The notes under the pieces: model-generated | What the model saw: the letters and a program-made list of their open reading frames with translations, nothing else | The model's database searches: none | What the model was told of the DNA's origin: nothing | Shown here: positions 1-10,582 of the stretch, one piece after another | Layout: the number at the start of each line of letters is the position of its first letter | How positions within the stretch are numbered: position 1 is the first letter of the stretch | Origin: Fidelibacterota bacterium UBA7300 | Lineage (GTDB): Bacteria > Fidelibacterota > Marinisomatia > Marinisomatales > UBA2128 | Assembly (NCBI GenBank): GCA_002471865.1 | Contig: DKQU01000062.1 | Span: 1-36,954, forward strand | Length of the DNA stretch: 36,954 bases | Direction: 5' to 3' | Made by a program: the position numbers and the translations under genes

Positions 1-20
1 TCGTGGAATAGGAGAACATT

Positions 21-329
21 GTGGCAGGACAGACGCTTAAAATTAGACTGAAAGCATATGATCACAAACTGTTGGATAAGTCCACAGATAAGATTGTGAA
101 AACAGTGAAGCAGACAGGAGCAATAATTTCGGGGCCAATTCCTTTGCCGACGAAGAGAACGATTTACACAGTTCTCCGTTCACCGCATGTAAACAAGAAG
201 TCAAGGGAACAGTTTCAAACCAAGGTACACAAGAGATTAATCGAAATCCTGAACGCTTCACCAAAAACTGCTGATGCATTGATGAAGCTTGATCTTTCCG
301 CTGGTGTAGATATCCAAATAAAGGCATAG
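21..329 (+). CDS. rpsJ: 30S ribosomal protein S10
   Basis: RIRLKAYDH-like start, [21 protein letters not shown]; GTG start with AGGAG RBS. Confidence 0.99.
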   Translation: MAGQTLKIRLKAYDHKLLDKSTDKIVKTVKQTGAIISGPIPLPTKRTIYTVLRSPHVNKKSREQFQTKVHKRLIEILNASPKTADALMKLDLSAGVDIQIKA

Positions 330-332
330 CAA

Positions 333-950
333 GTGAACAGTTTAATTGGAAAAAAAATAGGAATGACCCGCATTTTCAGCAATGATGGACGTAGTTTGCC
401 TGTAACTATAGTTCAAGCTGGACCATGTGTGGTAACTCAAGTTAAATCTGAAAAAAATGATGGTTATCTAGCAGTTCAGTTAGGATTTGAAGATAAATTA
501 GAAAAAAAGACAACAAAACCTGAATTGGGACATTTTAAAAAAGCCGGTACAGCACCTAAGCGACATTTGATGGAATTTCCAGTCCAAAAGAGTAGAATAC
601 CTGTTGCTGGAAAAGAATACACTGTAGCGCTATTTAAAGAAGGCGATCGTGTGACAATTCGAGGTACTTCAAAAGGTAAAGGCTTTGCAGGTGTTGTTAA
701 ACGCCACGGTTTTAGCGGCGGTCCAAAAACTCACGGTCAGTCAGATCAACTGCGTGCACCGGGATCTATTGGTCAATCTTCTGATCCTTCAAGAGTTTGG
801 CCGGGAATGAAAATGCCTGGACAGATGGGGAATAAAACGGCTGTTATAAACAATTTAGAAATCGTGAAAGTTGACGAGGAAAATGGACATCTTTTCATTA
901 AAGGAGCAGTACCGGGAGCTCCAAACGGAATTGTCGTAATTACTAAGTAG
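333..950 (+). CDS. rplC: 50S ribosomal protein L3
   Basis: GKKIGMT, SKGKGFAGVVKRHGF, PGSIGQ; operon position; GTG start. Confidence 0.99.
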   Translation: MNSLIGKKIGMTRIFSNDGRSLPVTIVQAGPCVVTQVKSEKNDGYLAVQLGFEDKLEKKTTKPELGHFKKAGTAPKRHLMEFPVQKSRIPVAGKEYTVALFKEGDRVTIRGTSKGKGFAGVVKRHGFSGGPKTHGQSDQLRAPGSIGQSSDPSRVWPGMKMPGQMGNKTAVINNLEIVKVDEENGHLFIKGAVPGAPNGIVVITK

Positions 951-958
951 AGGTTTAG

Positions 959-1588
959 ATGGAATTGTCAGTATTAGATCAGAGTGGTAACATTACCTCA
1001 AAAATAGAGGTAGATGATTCTGTTTTTAAAGTAACTCCCAATGAAGAAGCTGTTCATCGGGCAATGGTTGCTGAGATGACGAACGCACGGACCGGTACTC
1101 ACTCTACAAAAACTCGCTCCGAAGTACGGGGCGGAGGTAGAAAACCTTGGCGTCAGAAAGGGACTGGACGTGCTCGTGCTGGTACCACCAGTTCACCTAT
1201 TTGGAGAGGTGGTGGAGTAATATTCGGACCTAAACCAAAAAGTTATGAGAAGAAGCTTCCTAAAAAAATGAGAAGATTAGCTCGGAAGAGCGTTCTTTCT
1301 AAAAGAGTATCAGATAAAGCAGTCATGGTGATAGATAGCGTAAAGCTAGAGGAAGTAAAAACGAAAAAATTTGTTGAGGTTTTGGAAAAACTTGGTATAA
1401 ACGATAAAAAAATCACGTTCTTACCTGCTGAATTGGATAAAAATGTCCTACTCTCTTCTCAGAATTTACCTAATGTTTTCGTTGTTCAGGCAGAGAGTGC
1501 TTCTACTTACGATTTATTAGATTGTGAGGTTATTTTGTTTGATAAAGAAGGGATCCAGCGGCTAAATAGTCAGTTGGCAGTATCATAA
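959..1588 (+). CDS. rplD: 50S ribosomal protein L4
   Basis: TKTRSEVRGGGRKPWRQKGTGRARAG motif. Confidence 0.99.
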   Translation: MELSVLDQSGNITSKIEVDDSVFKVTPNEEAVHRAMVAEMTNARTGTHSTKTRSEVRGGGRKPWRQKGTGRARAGTTSSPIWRGGGVIFGPKPKSYEKKLPKKMRRLARKSVLSKRVSDKAVMVIDSVKLEEVKTKKFVEVLEKLGINDKKITFLPAELDKNVLLSSQNLPNVFVVQAESASTYDLLDCEVILFDKEGIQRLNSQLAVS

Positions 1589-1589
1589 A

Positions 1590-1913
1590 ATGAATAAGAC
1601 ACGAAAAGTAATTATGAAGCCGTTGCTCACCGAGAAAATGAGCCACTTAGAAGAGTCCGAGAGGAAATATGCTTTTCATGTAAATCCCGATTCAAACAAA
1701 ATTGAAGTGAAGAACGCAGTAGAAAAGAAATTTGATGTAAAGGTGACGAAAGTTACCACAATGAATTTTCAAGGAAAAAGTAAGCAGATGACTATGCGTA
1801 GTGGAGGTCGTCCCATTCGGACAAGTGGTCAGCGTTCCAATTGGAAGAAAGCTATCGTTACGCTGCAAGAAGGATATACCATTGATCTGTTTGGAATGGA
1901 GGCAGAAAGCTAA
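1590..1913 (+). CDS. rplW: 50S ribosomal protein L23
   Basis: [25 protein letters not shown]. Confidence 0.98.
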   Translation: MNKTRKVIMKPLLTEKMSHLEESERKYAFHVNPDSNKIEVKNAVEKKFDVKVTKVTTMNFQGKSKQMTMRSGGRPIRTSGQRSNWKKAIVTLQEGYTIDLFGMEAES

Positions 1914-2740
1914 TGCCTGTTAAGACAGTAAAACCGATGACTCCAGGACAGCGTGGTAAAACTATCTCGACGTTTGAAGAGATTACTAAATCTAAGCCTG
2001 AGAAAAGTCTGACTCGATCTCTAAAGAAGTCAGGCGGCAGAAATAACAAAGGTCGTATCACTTCCAGACGTAGAGGTGGTGGGCACAAGCGGAAGTATCG
2101 AATCATCGATTTCAAACGAGATAAATATGATATTCCAGCAAAAGTAGCCTCTATCGAATATGATCCAAATCGTTCTGCTAGGATAGCACTACTTCATTTT
2201 GTTGATGGCGAAAAAAGATATATACTGTCTCCATATGGCTTAAAGGTAGGAGATACTGTCATTTCTGGGGAAAATATTCCACTCAGGATTGGCAATTGTT
2301 TACCGTTGAAGAATATCCCATCGGGTCACATGGTGCACAACATTGAATTGGTACCCGGTCGTGGCGGGCAAATGGTGAGAAGTGCTGGAACAGGTGCTCA
2401 AATCATGGCAAAGGATGCAGGTATGGTAACTCTGAAGCTTCCATCGAAAGAGCTACGATTAATCAGAGAAGATTGTTTTGCCACTATTGGTGAAGTCGGA
2501 AATAGAAGTCATGAAACTATACAAATTGGAAAAGCAGGTAGAAATCGATGGAGAGGTCGTAGACCTAAAGTACGTGGAGTGGCAATGAATCCTGTAGATC
2601 ATCCAATGGGTGGTGGAGAAGGAAAGTCTTCCGGAGGACGGCATCCCTGCTCTCCGACTGGAATTCCTTCAAAAGGGTACAGAACTCGGAAAAAGAATAA
2701 ATCATCTAATAAATTTATTGTTAAGAGGAGGAAAAAATAA
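1913..2740 (+). CDS. rplB: 50S ribosomal protein L2
   Basis: [40 protein letters not shown]. Confidence 0.99.
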   Translation: MPVKTVKPMTPGQRGKTISTFEEITKSKPEKSLTRSLKKSGGRNNKGRITSRRRGGGHKRKYRIIDFKRDKYDIPAKVASIEYDPNRSARIALLHFVDGEKRYILSPYGLKVGDTVISGENIPLRIGNCLPLKNIPSGHMVHNIELVPGRGGQMVRSAGTGAQIMAKDAGMVTLKLPSKELRLIREDCFATIGEVGNRSHETIQIGKAGRNRWRGRRPKVRGVAMNPVDHPMGGGEGKSSGGRHPCSPTGIPSKGYRTRKKNKSSNKFIVKRRKK

Positions 2741-3009
2741 TGGGACGTTCGGTCAAAAAAGGACCCTACGTAGACGAGAAACTCTTGAAAAAGATTAAAG
2801 TCATGAAAAAAGGAAAGAAAAAGACAGTCATCAAAACTTGGTCAAGACGATGCATTGTTACTCCCGATTTTGTAGGACAGACAATTGCTGTACACAATGG
2901 TAGACAATTCATTCCTGTATTCATATCTGAAAATATGGTTGGACATACTTTGGGTGAATTTTCTCCGACGAGAACATTTCGGATACATTCCGGAGATAGG
3001 AAAAGCTAA
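2740..3009 (+). CDS. rpsS: 30S ribosomal protein S19
   Basis: [29 protein letters not shown]. Confidence 0.99.
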   Translation: MGRSVKKGPYVDEKLLKKIKVMKKGKKKTVIKTWSRRCIVTPDFVGQTIAVHNGRQFIPVFISENMVGHTLGEFSPTRTFRIHSGDRKS

Positions 3010-3013
3010 TATC

Positions 3014-3361
3014 ATGGAATCAATTGCTAAAGCTCGATATATCCGTCAGTCAGCTAGAAAAGTGAGGAAAATGCTGGATCTTGTTCGTGGAGAAAATGTA
3101 GAAAAAGCTTTAAACGTATTGCATTTTTCTCCTCAAAAGGCTTCTAATGTTATTGAGGGTACCATCCATTCAGCTGTTGCTAATATGTTGCAAACTGAAG
3201 AAGGTAAATCGACTGATCCCGAAAATCTGCTAATAAAAGAAGCTTTTGTAGATGAAGGACCGACTATGCGGCGATTTCGTGCAGGTGCTATGGGACGAGT
3301 TAAAAGAATCAGAAAAAGATCAAGTCATTTAACGATAGTTTTATCAGATGAGAATTCATAA
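3014..3361 (+). CDS. rplV: 50S ribosomal protein L22
   Basis: AKARYIRQSARKVR, SAVANM, IRKRSSHLTIVL; start moved to ATG 3014 because the ORF-track start overlaps rpsS. Confidence 0.98.
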   Translation: MESIAKARYIRQSARKVRKMLDLVRGENVEKALNVLHFSPQKASNVIEGTIHSAVANMLQTEEGKSTDPENLLIKEAFVDEGPTMRRFRAGAMGRVKRIRKRSSHLTIVLSDENS

Positions 3362-3372
3362 GCGAGGTTAAT

Positions 3373-3999
3373 GTGGGTCAAAAAACACATCCAATAGGTT
3401 TTAGGTTGGGAATAAATAAACCGTGGAGTTCTAATTGGTTCGCCACAAAGGATTTTCCGGAGTTTATGGCTGAGGATATCCGTGTAAGAAAATATATTGA
3501 TAAAAGATTACCAAATGCAGGTGTATCGCGAGTTGATATTGATAGAACAAGTAAAAATCTGACTATAACTATAAATACCGCACGCCCGGGGATCGTAATT
3601 GGAAAAGGCGGGGAAGAGGTTGACCGCTTAAAGGAAGAGCTAACGAGGCTTACTGGTCAGAAAATTCAAGTTAATATTCTAGAAATTAAGCGCCCGGAAT
3701 TGGATGCCAAACTAGTTGGAGAAAATATTGCACATCAGCTCATCAGAAAAATAGCTTATCGTAGAGCAGTGAAGAAATCTATTCAGTCGACTATTCGAAT
3801 GGGTGCTGAAGGAATTAGAATCAGAGTAGCTGGACGGTTAGGTGGTGCTGAGATCGCTAGATCTGAAACATTTCGTGAAGGTAAAGTTCCTTTACATACA
3901 CTTAGATCTGATATTGATTTTGCAATTACTGAAGCAAAAACAACGTATGGCATTATTGGCATAAAAGTTTGGATTTATAAAGGAGAGATTAGCACCTAA
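3373..3999 (+). CDS. rpsC: 30S ribosomal protein S3
   Basis: [40 protein letters not shown]; GTG start. Confidence 0.99.
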   Translation: MGQKTHPIGFRLGINKPWSSNWFATKDFPEFMAEDIRVRKYIDKRLPNAGVSRVDIDRTSKNLTITINTARPGIVIGKGGEEVDRLKEELTRLTGQKIQVNILEIKRPELDAKLVGENIAHQLIRKIAYRRAVKKSIQSTIRMGAEGIRIRVAGRLGGAEIARSETFREGKVPLHTLRSDIDFAITEAKTTYGIIGIKVWIYKGEIST

Positions 4000-4418
4000 T
4001 GTTAGAGCCGCGAAAAGTTAAGTGGAGAAGAGTCCATCGAGGTCGGCGCAGAGGCATGGCTACTAAAGGAAGTCATGTAGCTTTTGGTAGTTTTGGCTTA
4101 AAAGCACTGGAGTCTGGATGGGTGACGGCTCGGCAAATTGAATCTTGTCGTGTAGCTATAATCCGTAAGATTAGAAAACACGGTCGTATGTGGATTAGAA
4201 TTTTTCCTGACAAGCCAATTACTAAAAAGCCTGCAGAAGTCAGGATGGGTAAAGGAAAGGGAGCTCCCGATCAGTGGGTAGCTGTAGTCAAACCTGGTAG
4301 AATATTATTTGAAGTTGAAGGGGTACCTCGTGAATTAGCTGCGGAAGCTTTTCGGATGGCAGGATATAAACTTCCCATCAAAACAAAATTAGCAGAACGC
4401 CGAGAACAGGCAGGATAA
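3999..4418 (+). CDS. rplP: 50S ribosomal protein L16
   Basis: [24 protein letters not shown]. Confidence 0.99.
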   Translation: MLEPRKVKWRRVHRGRRRGMATKGSHVAFGSFGLKALESGWVTARQIESCRVAIIRKIRKHGRMWIRIFPDKPITKKPAEVRMGKGKGAPDQWVAVVKPGRILFEVEGVPRELAAEAFRMAGYKLPIKTKLAERREQAG

Positions 4419-4432
4419 ACTGGAGCTTTGTG

Positions 4433-4654
4433 ATGAGACGTGAAGAATTGCGAGAGATGTCTGCAAAAGAACTGGAATCAAGGCTTTTAGATAATTTGGA
4501 AGAGCTGGAAAATTTACAGTTCCAAAAGGCGCTACAGCAGTTAGAAAATCCATTAAGGATTCGTCATTTACGCAGAGAAGTCGCACAGGTAAAAACAGCA
4601 CTTCGAGGAATTGAATTAGGATTAAGAAGTACTTCAGAAAGTGAGGATAACTAA
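4433..4654 (+). CDS. rpmC: 50S ribosomal protein L29
   Basis: ELREMS..EL, LENPLRIRHLRREVAQVKT; ATG 4433 (or GTG 4430) after GGAG. Confidence 0.97.
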   Translation: MRREELREMSAKELESRLLDNLEELENLQFQKALQQLENPLRIRHLRREVAQVKTALRGIELGLRSTSESEDN

Positions 4655-4655
4655 A

Positions 4656-4919
4656 GTGAACGACCGAGGCAGAAAACAGATGTTAATGGGAAAAGTTATT
4701 CGAAATTCTGGTTCCAAGACGGTCATCGTAGAAGTGTCAAGAAAAATTAAACATCCTGTTTACAAAAAATATATAGTAAAGAAAAAGAAATATGTGGCTC
4801 ATGATGAAAATGAACAATATGGAGCAGGTGACAAGGTTAATATTATCGCTTCTCCTCCGATTAGCAAAACTAAGCGGTGGCGGGTCACAGAGTTATTAGA
4901 AAAAGGAAAAGCAGAGTAA
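4656..4919 (+). CDS. rpsQ: 30S ribosomal protein S17
   Basis: KTVIVEV, HPVYKK, AHDE, PISKTKRW; likely start GTG 4656 with GAGGA RBS. Confidence 0.97.
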   Translation: MNDRGRKQMLMGKVIRNSGSKTVIVEVSRKIKHPVYKKYIVKKKKYVAHDENEQYGAGDKVNIIASPPISKTKRWRVTELLEKGKAE

Positions 4920-4945
4920 CGATATCTTAGAAGTAAGGAAAGATT

Positions 4946-5314
4946 ATGATCCAACAAGAAACAAGATTAAAAGTAGCAGACAATACTGGAGCAAAGGAAG
5001 TTCTGGCTTTCAAAATTCTTGGAGGCACTAGAAAGCGATATGCTCGTGTGGGTGATATTGTAGTGGTTACTATAAAGCAAGCGATTCCTGGTGGACTAGT
5101 AAAGAAAGGCGAAATATCAAAAGCCGTAGTGGTAAGAACTCGGAAAGAAATTCGTAGAAACGATGGCTCATATGTTCGTTTTGATGACAACGCTGCGGTC
5201 TTATTAGACAATTCTCTTGAACCGAGGGGAACCCGAATTTTTGGTCCTGTCTCTCGAGAACTAAGAGATGGCGGGTTTATGAAAATTGTTTCTATGGCAC
5301 CGGAGGTTATATAG
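4946..5314 (+). CDS. rplN: 50S ribosomal protein L14
   Basis: [34 protein letters not shown]. Confidence 0.99.
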   Translation: MIQQETRLKVADNTGAKEVLAFKILGGTRKRYARVGDIVVVTIKQAIPGGLVKKGEISKAVVVRTRKEIRRNDGSYVRFDDNAAVLLDNSLEPRGTRIFGPVSRELRDGGFMKIVSMAPEVI

Positions 5315-5315
5315 T

Positions 5316-5624
5316 ATGCACATCAAAAAGGGCGATAATGTGATGATCTTATCTGGAGCTTACAAAGGTAAGACTGGCAAAGTACTATATGTCATACCAA
5401 ACCGGAATAGAGCTATCGTAGAGAGCGTGAATTTTGTTAAGCGACACAGTCGTCCAACTCAACAAAATCCACAAGGAGGGATTGTCGAGAAGGAAGCCTC
5501 TATTCATGTTTCAAATCTTGCAGTTGTTGTCGGTGGGAATCCTACACGTGTTGGGTACAGATTTCTCGACACTGGTCGAAAAGTACGAGTATCTCGGAAA
5601 ACTGGCGAAGACATCGATTCTTAG
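5316..5624 (+). CDS. rplX: 50S ribosomal protein L24
   Basis: MHIKKGDNV..LSG..KGKTGKV KOW motif, EASIHVSN; start moved to ATG 5316. Confidence 0.98.
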   Translation: MHIKKGDNVMILSGAYKGKTGKVLYVIPNRNRAIVESVNFVKRHSRPTQQNPQGGIVEKEASIHVSNLAVVVGGNPTRVGYRFLDTGRKVRVSRKTGEDIDS

Positions 5625-5632
5625 GAGTAAAT

Positions 5633-6574
5633 GTGGTTAAGGAAGAAAACAAAGAGACCAAAACGAAATCCGCTGCCAAAGAGGAAGTGAAGAAAACTAT
5701 CAAGAAGCCTGCAGCAAAAAAAAGCAGTGCAAAGAAAACTGTTGCCAAGAAAAGTACTGATAAGAAAACCACAAAGAAAAAAAGCAGTACTAAGAAAGCA
5801 ACTGCCATCAAGAAAGATAAAGATACTAAAACAAAAGCTAAAAGAAGCAGCTCAACAAAAACAGCTTCAAAGAAAAAGCCTGAGCCTAAAAAAGCATCTA
5901 AGGTTTCAAAAAGTTCTCCTAAAAAGAAAGTGGAATACCAACCGTCTTTTCAGGCATACTATCGTGATAAGATTGTACCGACTATGATGATGGAACTAGG
6001 TTACAAAAATGGTTTAGAGGTTCCTAGTTTAAACAAAATTTCACTAAATGTTGGAATTGGTGATGCAAGGAATGAATCAGGATCTCTCGAAAAAGCATCT
6101 GATGATTTAGCGATAATAACAGGACAAAAAGCAGTTATTACAACAGCTAGAAAAGCTATCTCGAATTTTAAGCTCAGAGTTGGTGATCCAGTCGGTTGCC
6201 GAGTAACACTCCGCGGCTGGAAAATGTATGAATTTCTTGAGCGACTCATTTCCATCGCACTTCCAAGGGTTCGAGATTTTAGAGGATTATCTGCCAAGTC
6301 GTTTGATGGTCGAGGAAACTATAGTTTGGGGATTCAAGAGCATGTTGTTTTCCCAGAGATTGATTATGATAAAATTGATAAGATAAGAGGTTTAGATATC
6401 GCAATCGTAACGACAGCAGAAACGGATCGAGAAGGTTATGAGTTGTTAAAATTACTCGGATTTCCATTTAGGCTTGATAACCGTTTTGAGCGAGAAAAAA
6501 ATAAGAATGGTAATGTAGCAGATAGTACTGATGCCCAACCTGAAAAATTAACTGAAGCAGCTGAGGTGGCCTGA
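5633..6574 (+). CDS. rplE: 50S ribosomal protein L5 with long Lys-rich N-terminal and short C-terminal extensions
   Basis: Core motifs [41 protein letters not shown]; GTG 5633 has an AGGAG RBS. Confidence 0.97.
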   Translation: MVKEENKETKTKSAAKEEVKKTIKKPAAKKSSAKKTVAKKSTDKKTTKKKSSTKKATAIKKDKDTKTKAKRSSSTKTASKKKPEPKKASKVSKSSPKKKVEYQPSFQAYYRDKIVPTMMMELGYKNGLEVPSLNKISLNVGIGDARNESGSLEKASDDLAIITGQKAVITTARKAISNFKLRVGDPVGCRVTLRGWKMYEFLERLISIALPRVRDFRGLSAKSFDGRGNYSLGIQEHVVFPEIDYDKIDKIRGLDIAIVTTAETDREGYELLKLLGFPFRLDNRFEREKNKNGNVADSTDAQPEKLTEAAEVA

Positions 6575-6759
6575 TGGCAAAAAAATCACTCATCGCTAAA
6601 TCAAAGCGTAAACCAAAGTTCAGTACTCGCAAATATCATCGGTGCTCTAATTGTGGTCGTCCAAGGGGATATTTAAGGAGATTCGGACTATGTCGCCTCT
6701 GCTTCCGAGAGATGGCACTGAAAGGTGAGATTCCAGGCGTGACAAAGGCGAGTTGGTAA
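6574..6759 (+). CDS. rpsN: 30S ribosomal protein S14 type Z (zinc-binding)
   Basis: 61 aa, RCSNCGR...[17 protein letters not shown]. Confidence 0.98.
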   Translation: MAKKSLIAKSKRKPKFSTRKYHRCSNCGRPRGYLRRFGLCRLCFREMALKGEIPGVTKASW

Positions 6760-6779
6760 GCTAAGAGGAGATAATTTAA

Positions 6780-7178
6780 GTGACAATGACAGATCCAGTA
6801 GCTGATCTCTTGACAAGAATCAGAAATGCACAAAGCGTGAACCATCATTTTGTTGATATGCCGCTTTCGAATTTGAAAAAGAGAATATTGTTTATCCTTA
6901 GGGAAGAACACTATATACGAGATTTTATCATTGTAAAAGATGATAAAGGAGATCGTCTTCGAGCATTCCTGAAATATGACTCTAATGGTGGGCCGGTTAT
7001 TGCTTCAATTAGCCGTGTAAGTAAGCCTGGCCGAAGAGTCTATGCCAAAGCTGGGGATATACCTAAAGTGCTGGATGGTTTGGGAATTGCTATTCTTACA
7101 ACTTCGCAAGGTGTTATTTCTGATAAAGTAGCCCGAAAAATGAATGTAGGCGGCGAAATTTTATGCAACGTTTGGTAG
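6780..7178 (+). CDS. rpsH: 30S ribosomal protein S8
   Basis: [36 protein letters not shown]. Confidence 0.99.
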   Translation: MTMTDPVADLLTRIRNAQSVNHHFVDMPLSNLKKRILFILREEHYIRDFIIVKDDKGDRLRAFLKYDSNGGPVIASISRVSKPGRRVYAKAGDIPKVLDGLGIAILTTSQGVISDKVARKMNVGGEILCNVW

Positions 7179-7186
7179 GATAGAAA

Positions 7187-7732
7187 ATGTCAAGAATTGG
7201 AAAACAACCCATTGAAATACCTGACGGAGTTAAGATAAAATTTGACCAGAAACACGTCACTATTACAGGAGAAAAAGGGAGTCTAGAATTTGATATTCAT
7301 CCTGAAATCGATGTTCTTCAGGAGAATAGTTCAATCGTGGTGAACAGACCATCAGATAGTAAAACTCACCGCGCTCTTCATGGGACCATGCGGGCAATAC
7401 TTCAGAATCTCGTGAAGGGTGTTTCAGAAGGATTTACTAAAGAGTTAACTATTCAGGGCGTTGGATATCGGGCCAATTTAGAAGGTGCTAGACTTAAACT
7501 GCTATTGGGTTTCTCTCATGATATTTATTTTGAACCTCCTGATGGTATTCAACTCACTGCAACTAGGAATAATATTACAGTATCAGGAATTGATAAACAG
7601 TTAGTTGGTCAAGTAGCAGCAAAAATTCGATCTTTCCGTCCGCCAGAACCTTACAAGGGGAAAGGTATTCGTTATAGAGACGAATATGTTCGTATTAAGA
7701 AGGGTAAGACCATTGGTGGAGTAGGAGAGTAA
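7187..7732 (+). CDS. rplF: 50S ribosomal protein L6
   Basis: MSRIGKQPI, GVGYRA, RPPEPYKGKGIRY. Confidence 0.99.
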   Translation: MSRIGKQPIEIPDGVKIKFDQKHVTITGEKGSLEFDIHPEIDVLQENSSIVVNRPSDSKTHRALHGTMRAILQNLVKGVSEGFTKELTIQGVGYRANLEGARLKLLLGFSHDIYFEPPDGIQLTATRNNITVSGIDKQLVGQVAAKIRSFRPPEPYKGKGIRYRDEYVRIKKGKTIGGVGE

Positions 7733-7737
7733 CAGAC

Positions 7738-8106
7738 ATGAAAGAACAGTATTTAAAGAAATTAAGAAGATCTCGAAGGAAGATGCGTAGCAAGAGTGAG
7801 TTCGTTCATTTTGAACGCCCAAGACTTGTAGTGTACAGAAGCTTGAAGCACATTTATGGTCAAATTGTTGATGATAACAAAGGTGAGGTACTTGTTTCAG
7901 CGTCATCGGTTGACAATTCGATTCAACCTGAGATGAAAAGTACAAAATCGAAAATAGATAAAAGCAATCAAGTCGGGAAAATCCTAGCCGAAAGAGCAAA
8001 GGAAAACAAGATCAAGAAAATAGTCTTTGACAGAAATGGATTTCTTTACCACGGTCGAGTTAAGGCGTTGGCTGATGGCGCACGAGAAGGAGGATTGGAA
8101 TTTTGA
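7738..8106 (+). CDS. rplR: 50S ribosomal protein L18
   Basis: [33 protein letters not shown]. Confidence 0.99.
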   Translation: MKEQYLKKLRRSRRKMRSKSEFVHFERPRLVVYRSLKHIYGQIVDDNKGEVLVSASSVDNSIQPEMKSTKSKIDKSNQVGKILAERAKENKIKKIVFDRNGFLYHGRVKALADGAREGGLEF

Positions 8107-8606
8107 GTCATATAGACCCAACTGAATTAGATCTGCAAGAAGAGACAGTCGTACGTATCAACAGAGTGGCTAAAGTGGTCGCTGGTGGTAGAAGATTCAG
8201 ATTTAACGCACTTGTTTCGGTTGGAGATGGAAATGGACATGTAGGTTTAGGTCACGGCAAGGCGAATGAAGTGATCGCAGCAATTACAAAAGCTAAAGAT
8301 GATGCTAAGAAGAATTTGTTCCGTGTTCCAATTATTAAAGGGACAATACCTCACAAAATTATAGGAAAATTTGGAGCAAGTAAAGTAATGTTGAAACCCG
8401 CTGCACCTGGGACAGGAGTTATTGCTGGAGAAGCTGTCAGGGCACTTGTGGTACAAGCAGGCATTACAGATATTTTGACTAAACGTTTCGGCTCTGCAAA
8501 TCCCAATAATGTTGTGCGCGCGACTCAAGTAGCGCTAAAAAATTTACAGGATCCGGTATCTGTTGCAAATCGTAGAGGTATAACACTTAAACAGGTTTTT
8601 GAATAG
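8103..8606 (+). CDS. rpsE: 30S ribosomal protein S5
   Basis: [32 protein letters not shown]; TTG start overlapping the rplR stop. Confidence 0.99.
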   Translation: MSHIDPTELDLQEETVVRINRVAKVVAGGRRFRFNALVSVGDGNGHVGLGHGKANEVIAAITKAKDDAKKNLFRVPIIKGTIPHKIIGKFGASKVMLKPAAPGTGVIAGEAVRALVVQAGITDILTKRFGSANPNNVVRATQVALKNLQDPVSVANRRGITLKQVFE

Positions 8607-8609
8607 AAT

Positions 8610-8804
8610 ATGCCGAACAAAACAACAAAATCACTGAAAATTACTCAGATCAAAAGCGTCATTGGTCATAATTCTAAAACCAAGAGAACAATGGCTGCTT
8701 TGGGTTTAAGAAAAATGCATCAGACAGTTATGCATGCTGATACTCCTCAAATTCAAGGTATGATTAATGCTGTCAGTTTTCTTTTGAAAGTGGAGAAATC
8801 ATGA
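8610..8804 (+). CDS. rpmD: 50S ribosomal protein L30
   Basis: KITQIKSVIG, LGLRK, GMI..V..LL. Confidence 0.97.
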   Translation: MPNKTTKSLKITQIKSVIGHNSKTKRTMAALGLRKMHQTVMHADTPQIQGMINAVSFLLKVEKS

Positions 8805-9241
8805 GGTTGGGTGATCTAAAACCGGGTGACGGTGCACGTAAAAATCGCAAACGTTTGGGTAGAGGTCCGGGTTCAGGTACAGGCAAAACTGCAGGACGAG
8901 GTAATAAAGGGTATCATTCAAGGTCAGGGAGCAAAAGACGTGCATGGTTTGAAGGTGGGCAGATGCCTCTTCAAAGACGACTTCCCAAACGTGGATTCAG
9001 TAATTTGCGTTTTAAAAAGGATTTCCAAATAGTGAATATTGGTCGTTTAGCAGATATAAATGAAAAAGATATAAACATTGAACTTATGTCTGAGAAAGGT
9101 CTAATAAAATCCACCTTAATTCCTGTGAAAGTTTTAGGAAATGGAGAGTTGGATTCCGGAATTACAGTATCTGCTCATTCTTTCTCAGAAACAGCAAAAA
9201 ACAAAATTGAAAAAGCTGGAGGCAAAGTAATTGTAGTCTGA
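8801..9241 (+). CDS. rplO: 50S ribosomal protein L15
   Basis: GRGPGSGTGKTAGRG, FEGGQMPLQRRLPKRGF. Confidence 0.99.
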   Translation: MRLGDLKPGDGARKNRKRLGRGPGSGTGKTAGRGNKGYHSRSGSKRRAWFEGGQMPLQRRLPKRGFSNLRFKKDFQIVNIGRLADINEKDINIELMSEKGLIKSTLIPVKVLGNGELDSGITVSAHSFSETAKNKIEKAGGKVIVV

Positions 9242-10581
9242 TGCTGGAGAAATTTAAAAACATAATGAGTATTCCCGAGCTAAGGAAGCGGATTGGATTT
9301 ACGCTCGGATTATTAATTATTGTTCGTTTAGGTGCTCATGTCCCTGTTCCTGGAGTAAATGTTGATGCTATATCTGAAGCATTCAAACAATACAGTAATA
9401 CTCTCTTTGGACTTTATGACCTTTTTTCGGGAGGTGCTTTCCAGAAAGCAACTCTGTTTGCTCTTGGTATTATGCCTTATATCTCAGCATCTATTATAAT
9501 CCAATTAATGGGTGTTGTGGTTCCTTATTTCCAGCGACTTCAAAAAGAAGGTGATGAAGGCAGGAAAAAGATTACACAGATTACACGTTATGGAACAGTT
9601 CTAATTTCTGCACTACAAGCATATGGTATTGCTGTATTTCTTCAGAGTATTGATCCTGTAATGGTTGCTGGTCAGGAAATGAATGTTGTTCACCCTGAAT
9701 TTAGTGGTTTTCGTTTTATTGCAGTAGTTTCATTGGTTACAGGTACAATCTTTATAATGTGGTTAGGAGAGCAGATTACTGAACGGGGGATTGGCAACGG
9801 TATCTCACTCATCATTATGGTCGGTATCGTAGCAAGAATTCCAATGATGATACTAACAGAAATTGATCTTATTCAAAATGATCTCCGTGGACCTTTGACT
9901 GAAGTGGTACTAATGGGGATTATGGTTGTGATAGTAGGTTTTGTTGTGTTGATCACACAAGGTACTCGGAAAATCCCTGTTCAGTATGCAAAACGGGTAG
10001 TGGGACGGAAAGTTTATGGTGGACAATCAACACATATTCCCATGCGGGTGAATACAGCAGGTGTAATGCCTATCATTTTCGCGCAATCCATCATGTTTTT
10101 GCCTACAACTATTGCTACATTCTTCAGCGGTAGTAGTTTCTTTGATGGCGTAAATCGTCTATTCTCTTTTGACCATTGGTTTTATTGGTTGGTATTTGGA
10201 ATTCTTATAATCTTTTTCACCTATTTCTATACAGCCATAGCATTTAATCCTCAAGAAGTAGCAGATAACATGAAAAAACATGGAGGTTTTATTCCTGGTA
10301 TCCGTCCAGGGAAAAAGACCAGTGAATTCATAGATAATATTCTTACTAGAGTCACACTTCCCGGCTCTTTCTTCTTGGCGTTTGTTGCAGTATTCCCATT
10401 TATTCTTATGCAAACAATGGATGTAAACTATAGTTTAGCCTCTTTCTTTGGTGGTACCAGTCTACTTATCATTGTAGGTGTTGCTTTAGACACACTTCAG
10501 CAGGTAGAATCTCATCTTCTTATGAGACATTACGATGGCTTTCTAAAGAAAGGAAAAATACGCGGACGGCGTAGGAGTTAA
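9241..10581 (+). CDS. secY: preprotein translocase subunit SecY
   Basis: ALGIMPYISASII, WLGEQITERGIGNGISL, FIPGIRPG, GGTSLLIIVGV. Confidence 0.99.
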   Translation: MLEKFKNIMSIPELRKRIGFTLGLLIIVRLGAHVPVPGVNVDAISEAFKQYSNTLFGLYDLFSGGAFQKATLFALGIMPYISASIIIQLMGVVVPYFQRLQKEGDEGRKKITQITRYGTVLISALQAYGIAVFLQSIDPVMVAGQEMNVVHPEFSGFRFIAVVSLVTGTIFIMWLGEQITERGIGNGISLIIMVGIVARIPMMILTEIDLIQNDLRGPLTEVVLMGIMVVIVGFVVLITQGTRKIPVQYAKRVVGRKVYGGQSTHIPMRVNTAGVMPIIFAQSIMFLPTTIATFFSGSSFFDGVNRLFSFDHWFYWLVFGILIIFFTYFYTAIAFNPQEVADNMKKHGGFIPGIRPGKKTSEFIDNILTRVTLPGSFFLAFVAVFPFILMQTMDVNYSLASFFGGTSLLIIVGVALDTLQQVESHLLMRHYDGFLKKGKIRGRRRS

Positions 10582-10582
10582 G

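Noticed and set aside
5542-5987. ORFs 5542..5811 (-, hydrophobic) and 5727..5987 (+)
   Set aside because: Antisense and alternate-frame shadows of the Lys-rich L5 extension.
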